From Actinomycetota bacterium (GTDB taxonomy: Bacteria > Actinomycetota > Actinomycetes > Nanopelagicales > Nanopelagicaceae): DNA of 64,000 bases. Below the pieces are notes generated by a model, which was not told the origin of the DNA, made no database searches, and saw only the letters and a list, made by a program, of their open reading frames with translations. Shown piece by piece: positions 9,477-18,030 of this stretch. A program made the position numbers and the translations under genes. Position 1 is the stretch's first letter; the number at the start of each line of letters is the position of its first letter. Location of the stretch: NCBI GenBank assembly GCA_009701575.1, contig WLJX01000005.1, positions 7,183-71,182 on the forward strand, written 5' to 3'.

Positions 9477-11339
9477 ATGAGGAAAAAGCTAATTGCCGCT
9501 GCCCTAGTCCTTGGCCTTTTCTCGATTCAGACACCGGTCGCCTTCGCTGATTTTCCAATCGTTTCACTCCCAACCCCACAAACCGTTAAATTTGATCAAG
9601 GCACTGCAACTCTTATTCCACCTACCTCAAACGCACCTGGGGCATGGACCGCAACTGTTTCCGATCCAACCATCGCAACTGTAAAAGGTTTAGTCGTAAC
9701 AATTCTTAAAGCGGGAACAACTGGTGTTACTTACACCCAAGCAGCAAGTGGAAGTTTTTCAAGTGTTTCTAGAGTTTCACGTTTGACGGTGGAACGTGCA
9801 ACTCCAAAAATAGGCGCTTGGGCAGGTTTGTCTGCGACTCTTGCAAGTCGAACAATCAAATTAACACCCCCAACTTCAACCTCAGTTGCACCATGGAGCT
9901 ATGCAAGTTCAAATACTAAAATTGCAACCGTTTCAAGCAATGTTGTTACTTTCTTAGATGCTGGAACTGTAACTCTCACGGCAACACAATCTGCTGGTTC
10001 GAATTGGTTGAATGCAGAAGCCAGCACTTCACTAACTATTACTGGCTACCCAAAAACTCTTGGAACCTTTACGGATATCACAATCGCAAAAGATAGTGTT
10101 TCAACGCTGAACCTAGTTGAACCTACTTCTAATTCACCAGGAGCATGGTCTTTCTCAATCGCCGATTCAACAATTGCAACACTGGCCGGAAAAGTTTTGA
10201 CACCGAAAAATATTGGTAAAACCACGATTACTGCACAACAAGCTGCAGCAGTCGGATATGGCTCTTCTACACTCACTATGACGCTCACAATTTTGGGCGC
10301 AAGTGCAACCCTAGGTGAGTTTAAAGACGTTTCATACACACAAACTTCGACCTCTTCAAACACACTTTCAATTAAAGCACCAACCTCTAACTCCCCAGCC
10401 GCCTGGGCATTCACCTCTTCAGACCCAAGCGTGGCAAGCATTACAGGCGTCCTCGAAATGGGTTCAGTAAGAGTCTTTAAACCAGGTAAAACAACTATCA
10501 CTGCATCACAAGGTATATCTGGTAACTATGGCGCAGTTTCAAAATCTATGGTTCTAACTATTAATGCCGCTCCAACTTATTCAACTCTAGAAGATCTACA
10601 AAAAGTGGTTGGCGATATTCCACAAACTATCTTGCCACCGACTTCTAAATCTGCCGGTGCTTGGACTTACACATCTTCCGATACTGCTGTCGTAAGTATT
10701 ACTGGGCAAAAATTAAACTATGGCGATGCTGGAACCGCAGTAATAACTTTGACTCAAGCAGCAAATGATTTCTGGTTATCTGGATCCACAACTTTCAAAG
10801 TTACAGTTCTTGGAACAACTCCAACTGTCGGAAATCTTTCACCCGTAAAAGTTGAAGTTGGTCAGACCCTTATTACAATTGCAAATCCAACTTCCAACTC
10901 AACAGGTAAATGGAAGTATTCAATTACCGATCCAACAATTGCCAAGGTTGTAAACAACACCATCGTTGGCGTTGCAGTTGGCACCACAACAATTATTGCC
11001 ACCCAATCACCGGGCGGAAAATATGGTCAATCGAATTCAGTTCAAGCAACTCTCACCGTTGTTGCGGCAACACCTAAGCCAACTCCAACTCCTTCGGCCT
11101 CAACAACGCCAAAAGCCACACCAAAGCCTTCAGCCACATCGTCGGCAACAAAGCCTGTTGTGAAGGTGACTGTAAAGAAGCGGGTAATCAACGTTTCAGT
11201 TAAGGGCAGCATCGTGACGGTCTTGATCAATGGCAAGAAGAAGAAGCTGGGCAACAACACGGTCAAGGCTGGCGCCAATACCGTGGTCGTGAAGGTCGGA
11301 ACCACCGTGATCTTCAACAAGACCTACAAAATCAAGTAG
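9477..11339 (+). CDS. Secreted protein with six bacterial Ig-like (Big_2-like) repeats, Pro/Thr linker and Lys-rich C-terminal domain
   Basis: Signal peptide ending AFA-D; six ~85-aa units PTSxSxGAWxYxSSDxxIA...GTxxITATQ; PKPTPTP linker. Confidence 0.8.
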   Translation: MRKKLIAAALVLGLFSIQTPVAFADFPIVSLPTPQTVKFDQGTATLIPPTSNAPGAWTATVSDPTIATVKGLVVTILKAGTTGVTYTQAASGSFSSVSRVSRLTVERATPKIGAWAGLSATLASRTIKLTPPTSTSVAPWSYASSNTKIATVSSNVVTFLDAGTVTLTATQSAGSNWLNAEASTSLTITGYPKTLGTFTDITIAKDSVSTLNLVEPTSNSPGAWSFSIADSTIATLAGKVLTPKNIGKTTITAQQAAAVGYGSSTLTMTLTILGASATLGEFKDVSYTQTSTSSNTLSIKAPTSNSPAAWAFTSSDPSVASITGVLEMGSVRVFKPGKTTITASQGISGNYGAVSKSMVLTINAAPTYSTLEDLQKVVGDIPQTILPPTSKSAGAWTYTSSDTAVVSITGQKLNYGDAGTAVITLTQAANDFWLSGSTTFKVTVLGTTPTVGNLSPVKVEVGQTLITIANPTSNSTGKWKYSITDPTIAKVVNNTIVGVAVGTTTIIATQSPGGKYGQSNSVQATLTVVAATPKPTPTPSASTTPKATPKPSATSSATKPVVKVTVKKRVINVSVKGSIVTVLINGKKKKLGNNTVKAGANTVVVKVGTTVIFNKTYKIK

Positions 11340-11483
11340 CTTTTCAGCCGGGCCCCAGCCCAATCCCAGCCAGAGCCCCCAAGATCGCCCCTGAGCCCAT
11401 ATTTATACCTATATATATGTATGGAACCCACGCTCAAGCACGCTCAGGCCCCCAGACCCAGAAAAAAAGATTCCAAAAGGACA

Positions 11484-11508
11484 CAACATCTGGCCCCCAG
11501 GGGTGTCT
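11484..11508 (+). promoter_or_regulatory. Candidate ECF-type promoter upstream of the sigma gene (possible autoregulation)
   Basis: CAAC-N16-TGTCT resembles actinobacterial ECF promoters (CAAC-N16/17-CGTC); cacgctca direct repeat at 11429 and 11439. Confidence 0.4.
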
Positions 11509-11569
11509 TACATAGTAGAGGGCAAGACGTTGTCATCTGCAAGACCAAGAAATCCGGAGATCTACCCAA

Positions 11570-12955
11570 ATGGCACTTCGTAAGAAGAACACCACAGCAG
11601 GCGTTGCCGCTACACCAGCAACCGTCTCTGACTGGTCTGTCGCCGATCTCTCCGCTCTATACGCTGAAAACCGCTCATCACTCGTTGGCCAAGCTCGCAG
11701 AATTCTCCGTTCTGAAGCCGATGCCGCCGAGATCGTTCAAGAGGCCTTCCTCAAGTTCATCCTTGCCGCCCCTGAACTAGATTCTGCTGACCGTGCGCTC
11801 GCATACCTTCGCACCACAGTTAACAATCTCTGCCTAAACCAGATCCGCGCAACTGGATCTCGCCCAAACCTTGTCGCTATCGACTCTGAAACCACACAAG
11901 AGCGCCTAGCCGAGATTTCAGCAGAAGCCCACATTCCTTTCGACACAACACTTGCTGCCGCCGAAGATGCCTCAATCATCCGCGAAGCACTTTCACGTCT
12001 TTCAGCCGACCAACGCACCGCACTTGTTATGTGGGAAATGGAAGGCCGCTCAACCGAAGAGATCGCAAAGGCACTTGGCACAAAGCCAGAGAATGTCCGC
12101 CATATTGTTGGCCGCGCTCGCGCATCCTTCGTCCGCGTTCTTACCGATTGGGTTATCGACGAGGCAACCGGAACTACTGCTCTTGAAGCCCTTTCAACTC
12201 AATACAAGAAGGCCGCCGAACTTGCGAAGAAATCTTCAAAGGTTGCCCTCTCACTACTTATCGTTCTCGTTGCCTTCCTTGGCTTTAACTCAGTAACTGG
12301 CCAAGACAACATCTCTTCAATCGTCTCTGCTGGAACAACAACTCAAGAAGTTCCTGCCGCAACAGCCTCAAAGTCAGCTGTTCCTTCAGCTTCAGCCACA
12401 CCTGCTGAGACAGCGAAGAAGTCAGATTCTCAAGCTTCAAGTGACCAAATGATTGACATCAAATCTTCTACAAAGGCCCTTACCTTCGAAGGCCTTGATG
12501 CAAGTGGCGTTCCTACCGGCTTCACAGTCGCAAATGCTGCTGGCGAAAACGGAACTATCAACGTCTCTAAATCAACCCCAGTTTTGACCAACGAAGGCCT
12601 AGTCCTTCAAAGCAACACAATGACCACCGATGACGCCGCGATCAACATCCTTTTATCCCAGAACATCATCGTGGGCGGCAACGGAACCTCATATGATGCC
12701 GATGCCTCAATCACTATGGATGGCAACTGGATTGGCCTAGATATAGCCAATATCTCCTCTAATTTTGAGCGTACTTCTGATGGAAATTACCTTCTAACCG
12801 CTGTAATCAGCGTAAACAAGGCCTCAGCCTCAGGTACAATTATCCCAGCGAGTCGTGGCGTTGACAGCAAGTCCGCCCCTTCTCAGATCACAACCGTTCT
12901 CCTACTAAACCCAGGCAAGACTCAAATTCTTGGGCAGGCGATTTATGTCGCCTAA
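11570..12955 (+). CDS. ECF sigma-70 factor fused to a transmembrane helix and an extracytoplasmic domain
   Basis: Region 2 (DAAEIVQEAFLK..YLRTTVNNLCLN), region 4 (LSRLSADQR..EGRSTEEIA..VRHIVGRAR), KKSSK-VALSLLIVLVAFLGF, Ser/Ala/Thr linker, beta-rich tail; GGAG RBS. Confidence 0.85.
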   Translation: MALRKKNTTAGVAATPATVSDWSVADLSALYAENRSSLVGQARRILRSEADAAEIVQEAFLKFILAAPELDSADRALAYLRTTVNNLCLNQIRATGSRPNLVAIDSETTQERLAEISAEAHIPFDTTLAAAEDASIIREALSRLSADQRTALVMWEMEGRSTEEIAKALGTKPENVRHIVGRARASFVRVLTDWVIDEATGTTALEALSTQYKKAAELAKKSSKVALSLLIVLVAFLGFNSVTGQDNISSIVSAGTTTQEVPAATASKSAVPSASATPAETAKKSDSQASSDQMIDIKSSTKALTFEGLDASGVPTGFTVANAAGENGTINVSKSTPVLTNEGLVLQSNTMTTDDAAINILLSQNIIVGGNGTSYDADASITMDGNWIGLDIANISSNFERTSDGNYLLTAVISVNKASASGTIIPASRGVDSKSAPSQITTVLLLNPGKTQILGQAIYVA

Positions 12956-12969
12956 GGAGAACAAACAGG

Positions 12970-13109
12970 TTTCTGCTGCAGTCCGGATACTGCATCAGAA
13001 AAGAGATGCGTCAGCACGTGCGACTCATCTCATGGTCAAAAATGACCCTCTCATTACCTATGAGAAGGCATTTGAAGGCCAAGCCGTAATAAAGAAATTC
13101 TTTATTGCG
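12970..13109 (+). promoter_or_regulatory. Structured leader (five consecutive hairpins) upstream of the S-layer-like gene
   Basis: Stems at 12970-13001, 13003-13031, 13034-13047, 13049-13065 and 13085-13109 read directly. Confidence 0.6.
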
Positions 13110-13130
13110 ACTTTTATCGAAAGGAAACAA

Positions 13131-14966
13131 ATGTCTACAAAGACAAGCTTTAAGCGCGTAGCGCTTGTTGCTGCTGCTGCATTGGCACTTGGCGGATTCT
13201 CTGCCGTGTCAGCAAACGCTGCATCAACTGCAACCGCGGTTGTTGTCACATCAAGCACAACTGTTGGAGATCCAGCAGTTGCAGTTATAGATGGTGGAGC
13301 AACTGCATTCACAAAGTCCAAGGTTCTAAATGACCTTGGAATTTCTTCAGTAACAGTTCCAGCTGGATCAGATATGCAACTTTCATTAGCTGCAAAGGGT
13401 GGCGGAATTGATGCAGATGACACAGTAACCGTTACCTATCGTGGAATTGGTGTACTTGACTCTGGTCTTGGTGTTGCCGCAGATATTGCTGACGGCAATG
13501 CAGATTTGCTTGACACAATTACAGTAACAACTGTTGCGGGTACTTATACGCTCGACATCACTGTAAACCAGTCTGCTAAAACTTCTACAGTATCAACATC
13601 ACTTACACTGATCGTTGTTCCACAAAGCTCATTTAGTCCAGGTCGTTCTTCAGCACTTATTGTTGGAGGAAATGGAACTGATTCAGCTACTGCAACTACT
13701 GATGCGACAGCTGTAACAGCATCAAAGTCAAAACTAGGCGCTAACCGTGCCGCGATCACCGTATTGTTAAACGATACAGATGGTCTAGGAATGGCAGCCG
13801 CTAAGGGCAACTTGCTCTCTGCTTCAATTGCTGGTCCAGGATATTTGGACTACAGAAGTGGCGACAATGCTCCAGTTGCTGGGCGTTGTACATTAAATGC
13901 TGCTTATAGCGCAACAATCGGTCGTGCAATTACTGCACAAGCCGCTGATGAAATCGGACATGTTTATGTTTGTTCTGATGATGTTGCAGGCGTAGCAACA
14001 ATTACAATCTCTGCTACTGATGCTGCTGGTGTAACCTCAGTTATCGGAACAAAGACTGTTACTTTCTTTGGAACTGCAAAGACAATCGCAGTTCACGAGA
14101 CAAATTACTCAATTGGTAAGGCTGGCGGCGGAACAACTGGCGCAACAGCTGCTAATGAGACAGATACTCCAGCATTTGTTATCAAGACAACTGATGGAAC
14201 TACTGCTGCTGGAACAACAATTCCAAAGGTATCTTCAAGCAACCTTGCTGTTGTAGCCTCAGGTCTCTGCGCATTAGATCTTAATGACGAAGACTATGGT
14301 TACGGCGCTGTTGGATACTTCGATTGCCAATTTGTTACTGCATCAACAGCTAAGTCTGGCGATACAGCAACACTTACAATCAAGACTCCTAACCTCGTTG
14401 CAGATCCAACAGGTGCAACAGATATGACAACAACACTTGTTGTTACTGTCGGTGGCGCTATCGCAACTGAAACTCTCTCTCTTGACAAGGCTGCATACGC
14501 TGCCGGTGAAGCTATGGTTGTTACTTTGACAGCTAAAGACTCAAGCGGTAACCCTGTATTCGATGGTGCTGCGTCACCAGCGGTTACAGCTAACAAGGCA
14601 CTTGGCGGAACTGCAATCGATGCAGGCGAATATGTTGGCGGAGTTTCTGCTACAAGCGCAACAAAGCCAAGCATCTTCGCTCCAGCAGTTTCTGGTGAAT
14701 TCACACTTCGTGCGACATCATCAGCAACAGGCAAGCCAGTAATTACAGCAACAGCTTCAGTTGATGGAGATCAATCTTCATCACTAGCACTAGATGCAGC
14801 TAACGCTGCAACAGATGCTGCTAACAATGCATACGATGAAGCTCAAAATGCAACACAAGCTGCATCAGATGCACTAGCTGCTGTTACAGCACTTGCTTCA
14901 CAGGTTAAGTCTCTTATCGCTAGCGTTAAGAAGCTTTCTGCAGCAGTTGCAAAGCTAAAGAAGTAA
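13131..14966 (+). CDS. Probable major surface / S-layer-like protein with C-terminal Ala-rich coiled coil
   Basis: GAAAGGA RBS then ATG 13131; signal peptide MSTKTSFKRVALVAAAALALGG..ANA; Ala/Thr/Gly-rich; strongly biased codons (gca/gct/aca/act/aag); followed by a strong terminator. Confidence 0.7.
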   Translation: MSTKTSFKRVALVAAAALALGGFSAVSANAASTATAVVVTSSTTVGDPAVAVIDGGATAFTKSKVLNDLGISSVTVPAGSDMQLSLAAKGGGIDADDTVTVTYRGIGVLDSGLGVAADIADGNADLLDTITVTTVAGTYTLDITVNQSAKTSTVSTSLTLIVVPQSSFSPGRSSALIVGGNGTDSATATTDATAVTASKSKLGANRAAITVLLNDTDGLGMAAAKGNLLSASIAGPGYLDYRSGDNAPVAGRCTLNAAYSATIGRAITAQAADEIGHVYVCSDDVAGVATITISATDAAGVTSVIGTKTVTFFGTAKTIAVHETNYSIGKAGGGTTGATAANETDTPAFVIKTTDGTTAAGTTIPKVSSSNLAVVASGLCALDLNDEDYGYGAVGYFDCQFVTASTAKSGDTATLTIKTPNLVADPTGATDMTTTLVVTVGGAIATETLSLDKAAYAAGEAMVVTLTAKDSSGNPVFDGAASPAVTANKALGGTAIDAGEYVGGVSATSATKPSIFAPAVSGEFTLRATSSATGKPVITATASVDGDQSSSLALDAANAATDAANNAYDEAQNATQAASDALAAVTALASQVKSLIASVKKLSAAVAKLKK

Positions 14967-14980
14967 ATAGAGCCTAAATT

Positions 14981-15050
14981 AACTCTTCGGAGTTGATCTA
15001 AAGCACTACAGAAGCCCGGCCTCCGCAGGGGAGCCGGGCTTCTGGCTTTC
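14981..15050 (+). terminator. UUCG hairpin plus strong intrinsic terminator after the S-layer-like gene
   Basis: aactc-ttcg-gagtt (14981-14994); cagaagcccggc...gccgggcttctg (15009-15044) followed by gctttc. Confidence 0.8.
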
Positions 15051-15081
15051 CAAAAGGAATGGGCTAGATACCATTTTTCAT

Positions 15082-16815
15082 ATGATTCAACCTGATAAGC
15101 ACCAAATTTCACGCTTGGAGATATATCGTTCGGTTATGAACTTAGATGCAATACAAACTAAATATATCCAGTTTATTTTGCTATCAACCGTAGTAGTTAT
15201 GGCTGTCTCAATTACGCCGAATATTTCTATGGATCCCATAAATTTACCAAGGCTGGTTGTTTTAGACGCTTTTGCAATGACAGCCATAGGACTGGCCCTA
15301 TTCTCATTTCGAAGTTTTATTGCGTCAGTTGACAAGAAATTTTTAGTTTTGAATTTACTATTTTTAATTCAACTGACAATTGTTCTATTGTTCGCTCCAG
15401 GTAATAAGAGCGAAATGTTTTTTGGAACTTTCGGAAGAAATACAGGATATCTCGCGTATATCGGACTAATAGGTATCGCTTTATCAGCATCATTGGTGGC
15501 GAACGACAATTTCTTGAAAACATTTTCTAAAGTAGTAATTACATTATGGGTGGGCTCACTTTTTTACAGCGTATTACAAAAATTTGGAGCTGACCCATTT
15601 GATTGGAATAATCCTTACAATTCTATTATTGGCTTCTTAGGGAACCCTAATTTCCAGTCCAGTTTTTTAGCATTCTGCTGCGTTGTAGGATTCGCACTTA
15701 TTATTGGGGAAAGAAATAAGTTTCATGCCGCCTTATTAGCGCCTTTAATTGTAATTAGCCTTTATCTGATTTATTCTTCAGGCTCAGTTCAGGGATTACT
15801 TGTATTTTTGGGAAGTTCAGGCGTGATTTTCTTTCTATTTTTGCGTAGCCATAAAGTATTGGGTAAGAAAATATTCACTTTCGCATACCTTTCATTATTT
15901 TTATTTTCAACACTTGTGGCAGTTTTTGGTGCTTTGAACAAAGGACCACTTGCCTCGTTTCTTTACCAAGATTCAGTCAGGCAAAGAGGTTTCTACTGGA
16001 ATACCGCGGTTTCTATGATGAGAGATTTTCCACTTTTCGGCGTCGGATTAGATTCATTTGGTAATTGGTACTTTAAATACAGACCACTTAGGGCTGCAGA
16101 ACTTACTCCCAATGTTTCCACCAATGCAGCACATAATGTTTTTCTAGATTTCGGTGCTAACGGTGGAATTCCACTATTTGCCATTCATATTTTATTGACT
16201 GCATATACGCTCTTCTGCGTAGTAATGTATTTGCGAAGAGAAAAGGGTTTTAATTCAGGTTATGCAGCAATTATAGGTATATGGATTGGCTACGAACTAC
16301 AAGCTTTGATCAGCATAAACAATTTAGGGATCGCAATTTGGGGCTGGATTACCATGGGTTTACTCATTGGGATCCATCACAACTCTCGCAATCTAGAAAA
16401 AATTGCTCCTAAGAAAAAATTAAGTGGCCGAGTGGTTAATAGGAAAAAAAATTCTCGTAATCTAATTTTGGTCGCACTCTGTTCCGGGATTGTCGGGGCA
16501 TGGATTCCTGGAATAGCCTTCATGGCGGATGCAAATTACAGGACAGCCTTGGTATCTAGAGATGCAAATAAATTGATAGTGGCAACCAAGGCAAATCCAT
16601 CAACTTCCTATCGGAATATTTCTACAGTTGAAGCATTATTAAAGAGTCAGTTAAATAACCAAGCGCTAGATATTGTTGAGTTTATGTTGATCCAAAATCC
16701 AACATCCTATACAGGTTGGAAATATAAGATGAATCTCTCAGAGATTGGTTCACCGGCATATAAAGAAGCCATGAGTAAATTGAATGAACTTGACCCAAAC
16801 CGGAAGCAGTCTTGA
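15082..16815 (+). CDS. O-antigen ligase / O-oligosaccharyltransferase (Wzy_C) family polytopic membrane protein
   Basis: About 12 TM segments; GFLGNPNF, R..YW..A..M..D.PLFGVG..SF, NAAHNVFLD...GG motifs. Confidence 0.85.
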   Translation: MIQPDKHQISRLEIYRSVMNLDAIQTKYIQFILLSTVVVMAVSITPNISMDPINLPRLVVLDAFAMTAIGLALFSFRSFIASVDKKFLVLNLLFLIQLTIVLLFAPGNKSEMFFGTFGRNTGYLAYIGLIGIALSASLVANDNFLKTFSKVVITLWVGSLFYSVLQKFGADPFDWNNPYNSIIGFLGNPNFQSSFLAFCCVVGFALIIGERNKFHAALLAPLIVISLYLIYSSGSVQGLLVFLGSSGVIFFLFLRSHKVLGKKIFTFAYLSLFLFSTLVAVFGALNKGPLASFLYQDSVRQRGFYWNTAVSMMRDFPLFGVGLDSFGNWYFKYRPLRAAELTPNVSTNAAHNVFLDFGANGGIPLFAIHILLTAYTLFCVVMYLRREKGFNSGYAAIIGIWIGYELQALISINNLGIAIWGWITMGLLIGIHHNSRNLEKIAPKKKLSGRVVNRKKNSRNLILVALCSGIVGAWIPGIAFMADANYRTALVSRDANKLIVATKANPSTSYRNISTVEALLKSQLNNQALDIVEFMLIQNPTSYTGWKYKMNLSEIGSPAYKEAMSKLNELDPNRKQS

Positions 16816-18029
16816 TGAAAGTTGCCGTTATTGGACAAGGTTATGTTGGGCTACCGATTGCTATTCATGCTGCCACTGCGGGTTATGAAGTCATCGGTTT
16901 TGATTTAAACCTGGAGATTGTTAACAATCTAAATTCTGGAAAATCACACATTTCTGATATTTCAGATTCAGAATTAAAGAAATATCTTGAGAGTAAGAAG
17001 TACAGAGCATCATCCGATCCAAAAGATTTAGAAGATGTAGAGATATCTGTCATTGCAGTTCCAACTCCATTGTCTGAAGACCGTAAGCCCGATTTAGCAT
17101 TTGTTGAATCTGCCTCCCAAATACTAGGGAAATCGCTAAAGAAGTCAGGCTTGATAATAAATGAATCTACCTCTTACCCAGGAACTCTAAGAAATGTAAT
17201 TGCTCCAATAATCAAATCATTATCAGGTGATGGAATAAGTCATGAATTCGCTATTTCACCTGAACGCGTGGACCCGGGCAATGAAAACTGGAGCATAAAG
17301 AACACCGCGCGGCTTTTTGCTGGCTTAACTCCGACTGCGAGTGAAAAAACTCGAGCATTTTACGATAAATTTTGCGATAACTTAATTGAAGTTTCTTCCC
17401 CAGAAGTGGCAGAAACTGCGAAGTTATTCGAAAATACTTTTAGACAAGTCAATATCGCGTTGGTTAACGAGCTAGCCCTTATAACTCGCGACTTAGGAAT
17501 TTCAGTACACGAAACTATCGAAGCCGCTGCTTCCAAGCCTTATGGATTCATGAAATTTACTCCAGGTTTAGGTGTCGGTGGTCACTGTATTCCAGTTGAT
17601 CCGACCTATTTGTCATATGTCGCTGAACTAGCGGGAAGAAATGCCAATTTCATTAATTTGGCAAATAAAGTTAATTTAGAAATGCCAGCAGAGATTGTTA
17701 AAAGAATAAAAAACGAAAACGGTGGCAGCTTAAAAGGTAAAGAGGTATTAGTCTGTGGCGCTGCCTATAAGCCAGATATCTCAGATGTGAGGGAAACTCC
17801 TTCAGAAATCCTTATCGAAGAATTGATGAAAGAAGGGGCGATAGTAAGTTGGCATGATCCACTTGTCGCTTCATGGAGAGGTTCAAAATCAGTTGAGATA
17901 AACACAAAGAAATATGCAGTGACAATAGTGGCAATGCTTCATAGCGTCATGGATAAGAAATTGATTTTAAAATCATCTGATTATGTTTTGGATTGCACTG
18001 GAAAGTTAGAAGGCGCGAAGAAACTTTAA
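16815..18029 (+). CDS. UDP-N-acetylhexosamine 6-dehydrogenase (WecC/WbpA/TviB family)
   Basis: GQGYVGLP, VPTP, ESTSYPG, SPERVDPG, GVGGHCIPVDP, YKPDISDVRE; TGATG coupling with the upstream gene. Confidence 0.9.
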   Translation: MKVAVIGQGYVGLPIAIHAATAGYEVIGFDLNLEIVNNLNSGKSHISDISDSELKKYLESKKYRASSDPKDLEDVEISVIAVPTPLSEDRKPDLAFVESASQILGKSLKKSGLIINESTSYPGTLRNVIAPIIKSLSGDGISHEFAISPERVDPGNENWSIKNTARLFAGLTPTASEKTRAFYDKFCDNLIEVSSPEVAETAKLFENTFRQVNIALVNELALITRDLGISVHETIEAAASKPYGFMKFTPGLGVGGHCIPVDPTYLSYVAELAGRNANFINLANKVNLEMPAEIVKRIKNENGGSLKGKEVLVCGAAYKPDISDVRETPSEILIEELMKEGAIVSWHDPLVASWRGSKSVEINTKKYAVTIVAMLHSVMDKKLILKSSDYVLDCTGKLEGAKKL

Positions 18030-18030
18030 A

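Noticed and set aside
12930-13130. ORF-track start at 12930 as the main start of the coat protein
   Set aside because: The signal peptide and strong RBS point to ATG 13131; the open upstream frame is kept only as a hypothesis.
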